Shown here piece after piece: positions 49,520 through 59,654 of a DNA stretch of 64,000 nucleotides (position 1 is its first letter; each line of letters starts with the position of its first letter). The translations under genes were made by a program, and so were the position numbers. The notes beneath the pieces were generated by a model. That model worked only from the letters and a program-made list of their open reading frames with translations. It made no database searches and had not been told where the DNA came from. This stretch comes from Candidatus Babeliales bacterium (lineage in GTDB: Bacteria > Babelota > Babeliae > Babelales > JANWKD01), in NCBI GenBank assembly GCA_963722255.1, contig CAVRJO010000001.1:480001-544000 (forward strand). The letters are read 5' to 3'.

Positions 49520-49556
49520 AAAAAGGGAAGACGCTCTAACGCATCTTCCCTTTTTT
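49520..49556. terminator. Bidirectional-looking intrinsic terminator downstream of the thioredoxin genes
   Basis: AAAAAGGGAAGA...TCTTCCCTTTTTT. Confidence 0.7.
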
Positions 49557-49586
49557 GTGATTTTGTCTACTACTATTTCTTACTGA

Positions 49587-50435
49587 TTATTGATATTCAA
49601 TATTGTTTAAACGTTGGCGCTGACGACGACCTAAATGTCTTACTCTTGATTTTCTTTTTTGACCGGACTCTTTTTGGCTCTGCATAGCACGTTGTTGGCT
49701 CGTTCCTTGTGCCGTTGGTGTCGCAGAACCGGGAGCATTGTGATACGTTATAACTGGTTGAACATCTTGTTGGATTGCTGTTTGTTGCACATTCCTTTGG
49801 CTAGCCGGTTGTTGTACAGATTGCTGCATCATTGATTGCTGTTCATGCATAGGTTGCCCTTGGGCTACTTTTCCTTGCATTTGTTGAGGTGCTACATTGT
49901 GTGGCTGAGCCATTCTACCTTGCGGCGCAGCTGGTTGTTGCATAGTCGATGGCATTTGTTGTGGTTGCCCTTGATATGAAACCGTTGATTGTGGGCAACT
50001 GCCGCCTTTCAACAGACTAATTTCACCTGCAATTTTTGCTTTTGTACGTTCACTGGCTCCACTAAAGGAGCTCTTTTTATTACCTGATTTATCAAAAAAA
50101 ACAAAGGTCGGATGTGATCGAATAGCATAACGAGCTTCTAACGTTTCACTACCCTTAAACGATCCATAACAAATTTCTAAAAAGATCACATCAGGATACT
50201 CTTTTGCCATTGCATAATAGGTATCATGAAAAGCTTTGCATGGTCCGCATGTTGCTGAACCGAAATATGCGACCACAAAATTACCCGATTTCACATAACG
50301 ATCAAATTCTTCTATGGATTTTATAAAAATTACAGATCCGCCAGCTTTTTGGGTCATCTCGGCTGCCTGCACCGTTATCAAAGAAAACAGAAGCGCAATC
50401 ATAGTAACATATGTTGCTTTTCTACCTATGTCCAT
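49587..50435 (-). CDS. Exported thioredoxin (CGPC) with Gln-rich linker and basic tail
   Basis: Signal ending VQA; CGPC; HPTFVFF; Q/P/M-rich C-terminal half. Confidence 0.8.
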   Translation of the reverse strand: MDIGRKATYVTMIALLFSLITVQAAEMTQKAGGSVIFIKSIEEFDRYVKSGNFVVAYFGSATCGPCKAFHDTYYAMAKEYPDVIFLEICYGSFKGSETLEARYAIRSHPTFVFFDKSGNKKSSFSGASERTKAKIAGEISLLKGGSCPQSTVSYQGQPQQMPSTMQQPAAPQGRMAQPHNVAPQQMQGKVAQGQPMHEQQSMMQQSVQQPASQRNVQQTAIQQDVQPVITYHNAPGSATPTAQGTSQQRAMQSQKESGQKRKSRVRHLGRRQRQRLNNIEYQ

Positions 50436-50459
50436 AAAAACTCCTTCTTATTAAAAAAA

Positions 50460-50882
50460 TTATTGTAATTGAGCAACTCTGCTTTGTAATTCCTGTTTTG
50501 ATAATCCGCCAGCTTTAACTTTTCCACTAGTTGTACCATTTTTATTAACAAAAACAAAGGTTGGCACACCGGATAATGATTCCTTATTATGCGTTATTGT
50601 TTTGCAAATCTCATTTGCTCCTGACTTGTCAGTGTTAACTTTGTAAAAATGTATTCCATTTTTAGATTCCATAGCAACCTTGCTATAGATTGGCGCCATA
50701 TGTTGACAATGCGGACACGATGGTCTATAAAACTCAACAACCATAGGTGCCATCATCTGCTCTGGTTGAATTTGCTCAGGGACATCTTGTATAGATTGAG
50801 CAAAAACACTCACACCAATAAAAACATTCATTAGGAGCATTGTTACATTTCTTTTTATAAAAATCATAGCGCCATTCCTCAC
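50460..50882 (-). CDS. Exported thioredoxin-fold protein (CPHC)
   Basis: VVEFYRPSCPHC, GVPTFVF; signal ending VFA. Confidence 0.8.
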   Translation of the reverse strand: MRNGAMIFIKRNVTMLLMNVFIGVSVFAQSIQDVPEQIQPEQMMAPMVVEFYRPSCPHCQHMAPIYSKVAMESKNGIHFYKVNTDKSGANEICKTITHNKESLSGVPTFVFVNKNGTTSGKVKAGGLSKQELQSRVAQLQ

Positions 50883-51290
50883 TTTTTTAAAAAATAGTCA
50901 GTATACTATAACAATTGTAAGTTTTTTAAAAAAAAATTGTCAATAATTTCATTTTGGAAATAATTTAATCCTGTTTTATAAGCATTATGCTAAAAAAATG
51001 ATTATAAATTGTTGGCATAAAATTACAAATTGTTCTGATATGTAATCTGGTTTAGAAAAATAATTAAGAATATATTTTCACCAAAATATTTATTATTTTT
51101 TGTTTGCTTATAAGGCTTTATGGTGCTAGAGTAGATTATAAGAATTAACGATGAATATTTTCAATTAGAATAAATTAATAGGATTTTATGACATTACTCA
51201 ATCTATGATCGCTCTTCAAACAAGCTCATGGAAAGAGGATGCACAAGTCCTATTTTTGTTGTAACTAATTTAACCATATGAGGACCTAGA

Positions 51291-53831
51291 ATGAATACCG
51301 AAAATAACGTGCTGACAAGGAGACTTGATTCTTTGAAGATACAAAGCTGGCAATATCTTTTTGATAATGCTAAATTTACTAATTTGAAAATTGTTAAACG
51401 CAACCAGGCTGATGATCTTTTTAATAAGAACAAACTGTATGCAACAATTAACCGATTAACAGAACAATTATCTTCACCTATCTCTTTAGAACTCGTTATT
51501 AAAGAAATTATAAAAAATCTTTACGATGGTATTACAACACAAGAAATCGAAAAAGCAATTTTACTTGCTGCTTTGCCATTTCTGGAACAAGATCCTTCAT
51601 ATGGAATATTTGCTTCACGCATACTCTTACAAATTTCATATAAAGAAGCTTTTTCAACATCAACAACAGAAACAACTCTTAAGGATGACTATAAAAAAGC
51701 TTTCATTAATGGTATTACAATCGGCGTTAAAAACAATATTCTTAACCCTGAGCTTTTGACCTTTGATTTAGAAATGCTTTCCAATAAATTAAACCTAGAA
51801 CGCGACCATCTTTTGAACTATCTTGGATTGCAAACACTCTATGAACGTTATTTCTTAAAAATTAATAAAAAAAGAGTTGAAGTTCCGCAAACTTTTTGGA
51901 TGCGTATCGCAATGGGTTTAGCAATTAATGAAATTGATAAAAACAATAAAGCAATTGAATTCTATGAGCTTTTTTCTCAATTATTATACATATCATCAAC
52001 ACCAACCCTTTTCCATTCAGGCTATTTACGAGCACAACTAAGCTCATGTTATTTAACGACCGTTAATGATGATTTAAGCCATATATTTAAATGTATGGGC
52101 GACAATGCACAACTCTCTAAATGGGCCGGTGGTATTGGCAATGATTGGACCAATATTCGCGCTACCGGATCACTTATTAAAAGTATTCATGCAACAAGTC
52201 AAGGGGTAATCCCCTTTTTGAAGATCGCTAATGATGTTGTTGTTGGTATAACACGAAGTGGTATTAGACGCGGTGGAACTTGTGCCTATTTAGAAACATG
52301 GCATTATGATATTGAAGACTTTTTAGATTTACGTAAAAACACTGGTGATGAGCGACGCAGAACACATGATATGAACACTGCCAATTGGATTCCCGATCTT
52401 TTCATGAAACGTGTTTTAGAAGATAAAGATTGGACTCTTTTTTCACCACAGGAAGTACCCGATCTTCATGATTTATATGGAAAAGCTTTTGAACAAAAAT
52501 ATGAAGAGTATGAAAAAAAAGCTCAAGAAGGAAAAATAGAACTTTTCCGCGTTATTTCAGCTCAAAAGTTATGGCGTAAAATGCTGAGTAGATTATTTGA
52601 AACAGGACATCCTTGGATTACCTTTAAAGATCCTTGCAATATTCGTTCACCTCAAGATCATGTAGGTGTCGTGCATAGTTCAAATCTTTGCACAGAGATC
52701 ACTCTCAACACTTCAGCTGATGAAACTGCTGTATGCAACTTAGGTTCCATAAACTTAGCTCGTCATACTGATAATGGAAAAGTCGATTATTCACTTCTTG
52801 AAAAAAGTGTAAAAACGGCAATTCGTATGCTTGACAATGTTATCGATCTTAATTTTTATCCAACCCAAGAAGCAAAAAATTCTAACTTGCGTCACAGACC
52901 AATAGGGTTAGGAATGATGGGTTTCCAAGATGCGCTCTTTAAATTAAATATACCTTTTGAAAGCCAGGAAGCCATAGACTTTGCCGATACCGTTGGTGAA
53001 AGGATTCTTTACTATGGCATTGTTGGCTCTTCAGATATTGCACAAGAACGTGGAACTTATTCAAGCTATAAAGGCTCAAAATGGGATCGTGGAATTTTTC
53101 CTCTTGATACTCTTAATCTTCTTGAACAAGAACGTGGTATACCCGTTGAAGTTTCACGTAGTTCAACGATGGATTGGGATGCATTAAAACAAAAAGTTAA
53201 ACAGCATGGCATGCGTAATTCAAATATATTAGCAATTGCTCCAACAGCTACCATTGCAAATATAGTTGGTTGTTATCCATGCATAGAGCCTATGTATAAA
53301 AATATTTATGTAAAATCTAATATTGCAGGTGAATTTACTATTATTAACCATTATTTAATTGAAGATCTTAAAGCCTTAGGCATTTGGAATAATGAAATGG
53401 TAGATAAATTAAAATATTATGATGGAAATTTGACCCAAATCGAAGAAATTCCGGAACATTTAAAACGCAAATATAAAACTGCTTTTGAGCTTGACCCAAT
53501 TCATATGATAAAAATAACGGCAACTCGTGGCAAATGGATTGATCAAAGCCAATCACATAATGTTTTCATGCAAGGTGTATCAGGACAAAAGATCAATGAT
53601 ATTTACCTCACTGCATGGAAAGTTGGTTTAAAAACAACCTATTATTTCCGCACACTTGGCGCAAGTCAAGTTGAGAAATCAACACTTGATCCAAAAAAAT
53701 GGGGCTTTACTCAAAAAAGAGAATATGCTTCATTTCCTACAGAAGAAGTTGCAACTAAGCCACAAACAAACCAATTTGCACCCGGCATAGTTTGCAATCT
53801 GGTAGATACTGATTGCGAATCGTGTCAATAA
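51291..53831 (+). CDS. nrdA: Ribonucleotide reductase class I large subunit with ATP-cone-like N-terminus
   Basis: QLSSCY, SSNLCTEI, VCNLGS, IAPTATI, LKTTYY, C-terminal CESCQ. Confidence 0.96.
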   Translation: MNTENNVLTRRLDSLKIQSWQYLFDNAKFTNLKIVKRNQADDLFNKNKLYATINRLTEQLSSPISLELVIKEIIKNLYDGITTQEIEKAILLAALPFLEQDPSYGIFASRILLQISYKEAFSTSTTETTLKDDYKKAFINGITIGVKNNILNPELLTFDLEMLSNKLNLERDHLLNYLGLQTLYERYFLKINKKRVEVPQTFWMRIAMGLAINEIDKNNKAIEFYELFSQLLYISSTPTLFHSGYLRAQLSSCYLTTVNDDLSHIFKCMGDNAQLSKWAGGIGNDWTNIRATGSLIKSIHATSQGVIPFLKIANDVVVGITRSGIRRGGTCAYLETWHYDIEDFLDLRKNTGDERRRTHDMNTANWIPDLFMKRVLEDKDWTLFSPQEVPDLHDLYGKAFEQKYEEYEKKAQEGKIELFRVISAQKLWRKMLSRLFETGHPWITFKDPCNIRSPQDHVGVVHSSNLCTEITLNTSADETAVCNLGSINLARHTDNGKVDYSLLEKSVKTAIRMLDNVIDLNFYPTQEAKNSNLRHRPIGLGMMGFQDALFKLNIPFESQEAIDFADTVGERILYYGIVGSSDIAQERGTYSSYKGSKWDRGIFPLDTLNLLEQERGIPVEVSRSSTMDWDALKQKVKQHGMRNSNILAIAPTATIANIVGCYPCIEPMYKNIYVKSNIAGEFTIINHYLIEDLKALGIWNNEMVDKLKYYDGNLTQIEEIPEHLKRKYKTAFELDPIHMIKITATRGKWIDQSQSHNVFMQGVSGQKINDIYLTAWKVGLKTTYYFRTLGASQVEKSTLDPKKWGFTQKREYASFPTEEVATKPQTNQFAPGIVCNLVDTDCESCQ

Positions 53832-53857
53832 CAATGCTTAATGAAAGGATTTCCCCT

Positions 53858-54859
53858 ATGTCAAAAAAATCGATTCTTAATAACTCAATAACAGACCCTA
53901 ATAAGATTCTGCCCATGACCTATACATGGGCGCGCGAACATTATAAGAACGGCATCGCCAATAACTGGACTCCTGAAGAAGTTTCTATGCAACTTGATGT
54001 TGAGCAATGGAAATCACCAACATTCCTAACACAAAAAGAACGCCGTTTAATCATTTGGAACTTAGGCTTTTTTTCAACGGCTGAATCATTAACGGCAAAT
54101 AATTTAGTGTTGGCAGTTTATCGTCATGTTACAAATCCTGAATGCCGTCAATATCTTTTGAGACAAGCATTTGAAGAAGCAATACACACGGACACTTTTA
54201 TCTATTGCTGTGATACTCTAGGTTTAGATCCTGATGAAATTTACAATATGTACAATACTATTCCTTCTATTGCAGAAAAAGACAATTTTGTCATTAATTT
54301 AACAAAATCGATCTTCGATCCTAATTTTACTACAGAAGGCGAAGAGAATATAAAAAAATTTCTTCATGACCTTATTGGTTATTATGTCATTATGGAAGGA
54401 ATTTTTTTCTATGCAGGCTTTGCAATGATGCTTGCTTTAAAACGCCAAAATAAAATGGTTGGCATAGGCGAACAATTTGAATATATTATGCGCGATGAGA
54501 GTATTCATTTAGCCTTTGGCTGCGATTTAATCAATACGGTCAAAGCAGAAAATCCATCAATCTGGACTGCAGAATTCCAAAACGAACTTGTTGAATTAAT
54601 TAAAAAAGCAGTTTCACTTGAAGTCCGCTACGCCCATGATGCATGTCCTGAAGGATTACTCGGCATCAATGCTGATCAATTTAGCGATTATGTAGAACAT
54701 ATAGCAGATAGAAGATTGGAACGAATTGGTCTTCCAAAAGTATATTTTAAAGAAAATCCTTTCCCTTGGATGTCTCAATCAACTGATTTAGCAAAAGAGA
54801 AGAACTTTTTTGAAACACGCGTTACTGAATACCAAACTGCCGGTTCACTTGAATGGTAA
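53858..54859 (+). CDS. nrdB: Ribonucleotide reductase small subunit, class Ic (Mn/Fe) type
   Basis: FFSTAES (Glu ligand), EEAIHTDTF (Phe at the radical-Tyr position), RDESIH, NFFETRVTEY; AAAGGA SD before ATG 53858. Confidence 0.93.
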   Translation: MSKKSILNNSITDPNKILPMTYTWAREHYKNGIANNWTPEEVSMQLDVEQWKSPTFLTQKERRLIIWNLGFFSTAESLTANNLVLAVYRHVTNPECRQYLLRQAFEEAIHTDTFIYCCDTLGLDPDEIYNMYNTIPSIAEKDNFVINLTKSIFDPNFTTEGEENIKKFLHDLIGYYVIMEGIFFYAGFAMMLALKRQNKMVGIGEQFEYIMRDESIHLAFGCDLINTVKAENPSIWTAEFQNELVELIKKAVSLEVRYAHDACPEGLLGINADQFSDYVEHIADRRLERIGLPKVYFKENPFPWMSQSTDLAKEKNFFETRVTEYQTAGSLEW

Positions 54860-54867
54860 ATTAGAAC

Positions 54868-54898
54868 GTCACATGAGATTAACATAATCTCATGTGAC
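54868..54898. terminator. Perfect hairpin between convergent genes
   Basis: GTCACATGAGATTA-ACA-TAATCTCATGTGAC, 14-bp stem. Confidence 0.7.
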
Positions 54899-54923
54899 AA
54901 AATTTTAGATCAGGGTAACACTA

Positions 54924-55142
54924 TTAAAAATTATCATAAAAATGAATTGGATGTGTAGGACCAGAGCCACAGTTTTGTGTTTGTTGGCTAAAAGATTCTA
55001 TTTGAGCTTCTGCTCCACTGGTACTAGCAACCTGAGAACCGGAATTGGCGACACCATTTGTACCATTTTCCATACTATACGTAGTATGCACAGTAACGAT
55101 TAAAAATAAAATCACTCTATATATACAGTTCTTGATATTCAT
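54924..55142 (-). CDS. Small secreted protein
   Basis: GAGGAG SD before MNIKNC; signal ending YS-ME. Confidence 0.6.
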   Translation of the reverse strand: MNIKNCIYRVILFLIVTVHTTYSMENGTNGVANSGSQVASTSGAEAQIESFSQQTQNCGSGPTHPIHFYDNF

Positions 55143-55200
55143 TAATAATCTCCTCATTATGATTACGTGAACTTGATTCATGTCTACTATTATTATAATT

Positions 55201-55848
55201 CTACTGAACTATACCTCTATACTTTTGAAAATCTTCTTGAAAGGTGACAAACTTAAAATGCATGAATACCGTAGTACTCATATTGATCATGCGAGCGTCC
55301 ATATCTCTGCATGCTTGTATATATCGAACTCTATTGTTTGCTCTTTCAATAAACTGTTGCGTCACAAGATAAATATTAGAGCTCCCAAATGTCCCTTGCA
55401 TAAACACATTCCCATTTTCTTGTTTTAATTTTTCAATTTTAGAATATGCAGCTCCATAGTCAGTTTCAATGTTAAGAGGTCGTGTTTCAGTAAATTGCTT
55501 GAGACGATCCAATTGCAAGAAAAACTTAAAATCCAATAAAAAATCCGCATTTACATTTTGACCTGTCACTTTTTTAAATGCCAATTCTGTAAGATATGTT
55601 TTGTAATAAAGTGAATCCTTTTCTTCAACTTGTTTAATTAAAGCAGCCAATTTTTCAAGGTTAACATACTCATCACATTCTTTGCTTGTATTTCTAAAAC
55701 AAACAATATTATTATCTTGTACTTCGATTTTGCCTTGCATAAAGGCTTCAATCAAATTGATGGTGAAAGAATAATTATCATTTCGCTCTTCCATAGAATG
55801 CAGGGGTAAAATAGCACTACAAACCAACATAACTAATTTAAACCACAT
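55201..55848 (-). CDS. Secreted hypothetical protein
   Basis: AAGGAG SD before MWFKL; signal ending HS-ME. Confidence 0.7.
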   Translation of the reverse strand: MWFKLVMLVCSAILPLHSMEERNDNYSFTINLIEAFMQGKIEVQDNNIVCFRNTSKECDEYVNLEKLAALIKQVEEKDSLYYKTYLTELAFKKVTGQNVNADFLLDFKFFLQLDRLKQFTETRPLNIETDYGAAYSKIEKLKQENGNVFMQGTFGSSNIYLVTQQFIERANNRVRYIQACRDMDARMINMSTTVFMHFKFVTFQEDFQKYRGIVQ

Positions 55849-55870
55849 AGCACTCCTTAATAACGTACAA

Positions 55871-56422
55871 CTATTGCTCAAAAATACCTTCATCTAAAGC
55901 TTTTTTGTACCAATCAATACTTTGTTCAATAAGAAGATGGGCTTCTTGCTTGTCTAAAAACCGATCCACAATCACTTGTTTTTCTTCTAACTTTTTATAG
56001 GTTTGAAAAAAATCCTTGATTGTTTCGACCAAATCATGCGGGAGCTCTTCAATAGTTTTTATACCATTAACGCTATAATCGTGCGTTGCAACGGCTATAA
56101 TCTTATCATCTTGCTGCCCGGCATCAATCATATGTAATGCTCCTATGGGGGTTATTTCTACAATAGATAAAGGCACAAGCGGTTCTGAACAAATAATAAC
56201 TGCATCAAGGGGATCATTATCATCACAATACGTTTGTGGAATAAATCCATAATGAAAAGGATAGGTCAAATGCGTACGCAAAACTCTATCTAATCGTAAT
56301 AATCCGGTTGCCTTATCAAGTTCATATTTTGCTTTTGAACCTTTGGTAATTTCAATAACAGCATTAACCGTATCCGGCGAACCCTTTCCATAAGACAATG
56401 CATGCCAAGGATGAAGAATCAT
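55871..56422 (-). CDS. ppa: Soluble inorganic pyrophosphatase, family I
   Basis: KYELDK, YP.HYGFIPQT..DDNDPLD, DDKI. Confidence 0.95.
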   Translation of the reverse strand: MILHPWHALSYGKGSPDTVNAVIEITKGSKAKYELDKATGLLRLDRVLRTHLTYPFHYGFIPQTYCDDNDPLDAVIICSEPLVPLSIVEITPIGALHMIDAGQQDDKIIAVATHDYSVNGIKTIEELPHDLVETIKDFFQTYKKLEEKQVIVDRFLDKQEAHLLIEQSIDWYKKALDEGIFEQ

Positions 56423-56520
56423 ATATACTTTCTTTTAATAAATGGTTTACTACAATACGATTTTTAGTATAGCATAATTCAGCGTATAACAATAAATGAA
56501 AAGAAAAAAAGTAATGATCT

Positions 56521-58044
56521 ATGAATAAAGATAAGGCTCCGAGCGTTTTAGTCATTCTAGATGGATTTGGTTATTCAAAAGATTCTTTTTCAAATGCAAT
56601 TTATCATGCACAAAAGCCTACTTTCGATTTTCTGCTCAAAACTTTTCCCCACACCTTATTAGATGCTTCCGGAACAGCCGTAGGATTACCCGCAAACACC
56701 ATAGGTAACTCTGAAGTCGGCCATTTAACATTGGGAGCTGGAAGAATTATACAGCAACCTCTCACTCTAATTTCAAACGAAATAAGAGAAGGCACCTTAC
56801 AAAAAAATCCTATTTTGACTAATAACTTTTTAGAGTTACAAAAAAATAAAGGCAATCTTCATCTTATGGGACTCCTTTCTGATAGTGGAGTTCATAGCAC
56901 TATTGAACATCTTTTTGGCTATTTAGAAATCGCAAAAAAATATGATCTTGCAAATGTCTTTATTCACTGCTTTCTTGATGGCCGCGATGTGCCGCCACAT
57001 TCGGCAAACCATTATTTAAGTGAGCTAAATAAAAAAATTGATGAACTGAAGATTGGCACTATAGCTTCTCTGCATGGACGATTTTATGCCATGGATCGTG
57101 ATCACAATTGGCAGCGGACACAAAGCTGCTACAATGTTCTTACACAAAAGCAGGAAATAACCTTTGACTCCTGGAATAAGGTAGTTGATTATTATTATCA
57201 ACGACAAATTTTTGATGAGTTTATTCCTCCCACGCAACTACTCAAAGGTAGCATTATCAAAAAAGATGATGGCATTCTTTTTTTCAACATTCGACCCGAT
57301 CGTGCACGCCAACTTACCCAAGCTTTTACTGATCCTGAATTCAACTTCTTTGAGCGCAGCCCAATCACACTAAGCTTTTTTATTACACCCATAAGCTACA
57401 ACGATAGATGCATAACTACACCCCTTCTTGAGCAAAAAGTTGTGCATAACTCACTTCTTGAATGCTTAAGCAAGTCGGGCAAATCAATATATGCCATTGC
57501 TGAAACTGAAAAATATGCACATATTACCTATTTTTTTAGCGGCGGTAGAGAACAACCTTGGCCTCATGAAATGCGTATGGTAGTTCCTTCATTGCCTTTA
57601 CGTAATTATGTGCAACACCCTGAAATGTCTGCAGATCTAATAACCAAGCAAATTATTGATTCTTTAGAGCATGATCCCTTTGATTTTTATCTCATTAATT
57701 ATGCCAATGCTGATATGGTTGGCCATTCAGGAGATTTTAATGCAACAATTCGTGCTGTTGAATGCTTAGATGGACAACTAGGGGCTTTATACCAAGAGGT
57801 GGTAGTAAAACGAAATGGGACTCTTTATATTACTGCTGATCATGGTAATGCTGAAAAAAAATTTGATGTCAAAACTGGCCAGCCCAGCAAATCTCATACG
57901 ACAAACCCTGTATATCTCATTATGGCTAAAAAAGGGCTCGAAAATAAGCAATTTTCAGCTAATTTAGAAGGCCTTTCAGACGTTGCCCCCTTTATCCTTA
58001 ATAATATGCATATTTCAGTCCCTTCTGAAATGCAGCACATTTAA
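56521..58044 (+). CDS. gpmI: 2,3-bisphosphoglycerate-independent phosphoglycerate mutase
   Basis: ILDGFG, GNSEVGH, GRFYAMDRD, AETEKYAH, DMVGH, TADHGNAE. Confidence 0.96.
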   Translation: MNKDKAPSVLVILDGFGYSKDSFSNAIYHAQKPTFDFLLKTFPHTLLDASGTAVGLPANTIGNSEVGHLTLGAGRIIQQPLTLISNEIREGTLQKNPILTNNFLELQKNKGNLHLMGLLSDSGVHSTIEHLFGYLEIAKKYDLANVFIHCFLDGRDVPPHSANHYLSELNKKIDELKIGTIASLHGRFYAMDRDHNWQRTQSCYNVLTQKQEITFDSWNKVVDYYYQRQIFDEFIPPTQLLKGSIIKKDDGILFFNIRPDRARQLTQAFTDPEFNFFERSPITLSFFITPISYNDRCITTPLLEQKVVHNSLLECLSKSGKSIYAIAETEKYAHITYFFSGGREQPWPHEMRMVVPSLPLRNYVQHPEMSADLITKQIIDSLEHDPFDFYLINYANADMVGHSGDFNATIRAVECLDGQLGALYQEVVVKRNGTLYITADHGNAEKKFDVKTGQPSKSHTTNPVYLIMAKKGLENKQFSANLEGLSDVAPFILNNMHISVPSEMQHI

Positions 58045-58051
58045 TTTCTTA

Positions 58052-58079
58052 TTGACAATTTTTTATTTTTGTATACAAT
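58052..58079 (+). promoter_or_regulatory. Putative sigma70 promoter
   Basis: TTGACA-16 bp-TACAAT upstream of 58135. Confidence 0.55.
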
Positions 58080-58134
58080 AATAGTGAATGGTTAAAAAAT
58101 TGAAATAATAATTGAAACTTCACAGGAAAACCCA

Positions 58135-58719
58135 ATGAAACTACTAAAATTATATAGTCTATTCTTTTTATCTTTTGTTATAGCCAATATTTCAGGCATG
58201 GAAGAACCGCTTACCAGAGAAAACGTTATCGAAAAATTTGAGGAATTGAAAGATTTGTATGAAAAAAACAAGAGTAATCTGTATGATAATAATATAACAC
58301 TTCCTTATAATCGTAGATGCGAGAGAATAGCTAAAGATCTTAATGGTAAAGATCCTAATCTTCAAAATATAGTAAGACTAATTGACGGTTGCACTAAGAT
58401 TATTAATTCTGAAATCGAAAAAATCAGAGGAGATGACTTAGAGTCGAGAAACCGGTACACACAATATAATATGAATAGAGCAGGCATTGCGCCAGCAGCA
58501 GCAACAGCTCCTGCAGCATTTAATACTAGTCCAAAAATCAATATACCAAAAATTGTAGCCTATCTTTGTGGAACAGGAATTTGCACTGGCATTGGGATTT
58601 ATAGCTATTATAAACTTTCCCCTGAAGCATGGTTTCGACCAATTTCATTGGGTTTAAGTTCTGTTGGCGGAATCGCATGCAGTTATTTAACCTATATACA
58701 TTGCATTCATCGAAAATAA
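58135..58719 (+). CDS. Secreted protein with C-terminal two-helix membrane hairpin
   Basis: Signal ending SG-ME; C-terminal cassette shared with the next gene. Confidence 0.7.
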   Translation: MKLLKLYSLFFLSFVIANISGMEEPLTRENVIEKFEELKDLYEKNKSNLYDNNITLPYNRRCERIAKDLNGKDPNLQNIVRLIDGCTKIINSEIEKIRGDDLESRNRYTQYNMNRAGIAPAAATAPAAFNTSPKINIPKIVAYLCGTGICTGIGIYSYYKLSPEAWFRPISLGLSSVGGIACSYLTYIHCIHRK

Positions 58720-58800
58720 AATAGGATTTTTATTACATTAACTATTCTTAGTACTCTTAGAGATAAGCAATAAGCATCATCTATTATTAAGGGCAACCGC

Positions 58801-59595
58801 ATGAAATTACCAAAAATCTTTTTTATATTCCTTAGCGTTCTCCTGACGTTACCTCTCTTATCAATGGAAAAATTAACTAAAGAAGGGCTACAACTACAAT
58901 TCGATCAACTTAATGAAAAGTTTATGGAAAATAAATCTTCACTTAATGTCACAACCGAATCCAAAGTGGAAGCTCTAATCAATTCAACACAAGAATCATT
59001 AAAAAAGAAAAAATTGAAAAAAAAGAGTTCAAAAACAGTTTATGAAAATATTACTCAAGCTCAAGAGCTTTTAGATAGTGCAATTAAACAAAAAAAAAGC
59101 GAAGCTCTTTTGCTGGCTAGAGCACAAAAAATGAAAGGAAAAGCACAAGAAGCTGAAAAGCAAACAACTCAACGATTACAATGCCAAGCACCACAATTAC
59201 AACAATTTCCACAACAAGTACAAAATGTTGAATATTTTGTATTACAAATTCCTGAACCTGAAATGTTAGCCCAACCAAATCCAATAACCGAGTTTTCCTT
59301 AAGTGCAATACAAGAGCAAGAACCAGACACTATCCTAACTACTCTTCCAGGACTTCTTCATCCAAAAGAAAATATACCAATGCTTTCAACTGCATTGCAT
59401 AAAGCTCGCCCGATTTCTTGGGGCAAAGTATATGCCTATCTTTGTGGCACTGGACTTTGTACTGGCATTGGGATTTATAGCTATTATAAACTTTCTCCTG
59501 AAACATGGTATCGACCAATTTCATTGGGTTTAAGTTTTCTTGGCGGATCAGCTTGCAGTTATTTAACCTATAAAAATTTAAGATCTAACAAATAA
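58801..59595 (+). CDS. Secreted protein with C-terminal two-helix membrane hairpin
   Basis: Signal ending LS-ME; K-rich and Q-rich middle; shared C-terminal cassette. Confidence 0.7.
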   Translation: MKLPKIFFIFLSVLLTLPLLSMEKLTKEGLQLQFDQLNEKFMENKSSLNVTTESKVEALINSTQESLKKKKLKKKSSKTVYENITQAQELLDSAIKQKKSEALLLARAQKMKGKAQEAEKQTTQRLQCQAPQLQQFPQQVQNVEYFVLQIPEPEMLAQPNPITEFSLSAIQEQEPDTILTTLPGLLHPKENIPMLSTALHKARPISWGKVYAYLCGTGLCTGIGIYSYYKLSPETWYRPISLGLSFLGGSACSYLTYKNLRSNK

Positions 59596-59654
59596 CAAAC
59601 AAAAAAGAGACGTTGAATTAAAAATTACAACGACTTTTTTATAATTTTACAATC

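Noticed and set aside
50883..51290. NrdR boxes or a riboswitch in the long nrdA upstream region
   Set aside because: Very AT-rich; no convincing match to the NrdR palindrome or a structured RNA by eye.
51291..53831. Intein or intron in nrdA
   Set aside because: Motifs are contiguous and the length is ordinary; no intein termini or endonuclease motifs seen.
53813..53857. nrdB N-terminal extension overlapping nrdA
   Set aside because: Good SD precedes ATG 53858; the extension has no recognisable features.
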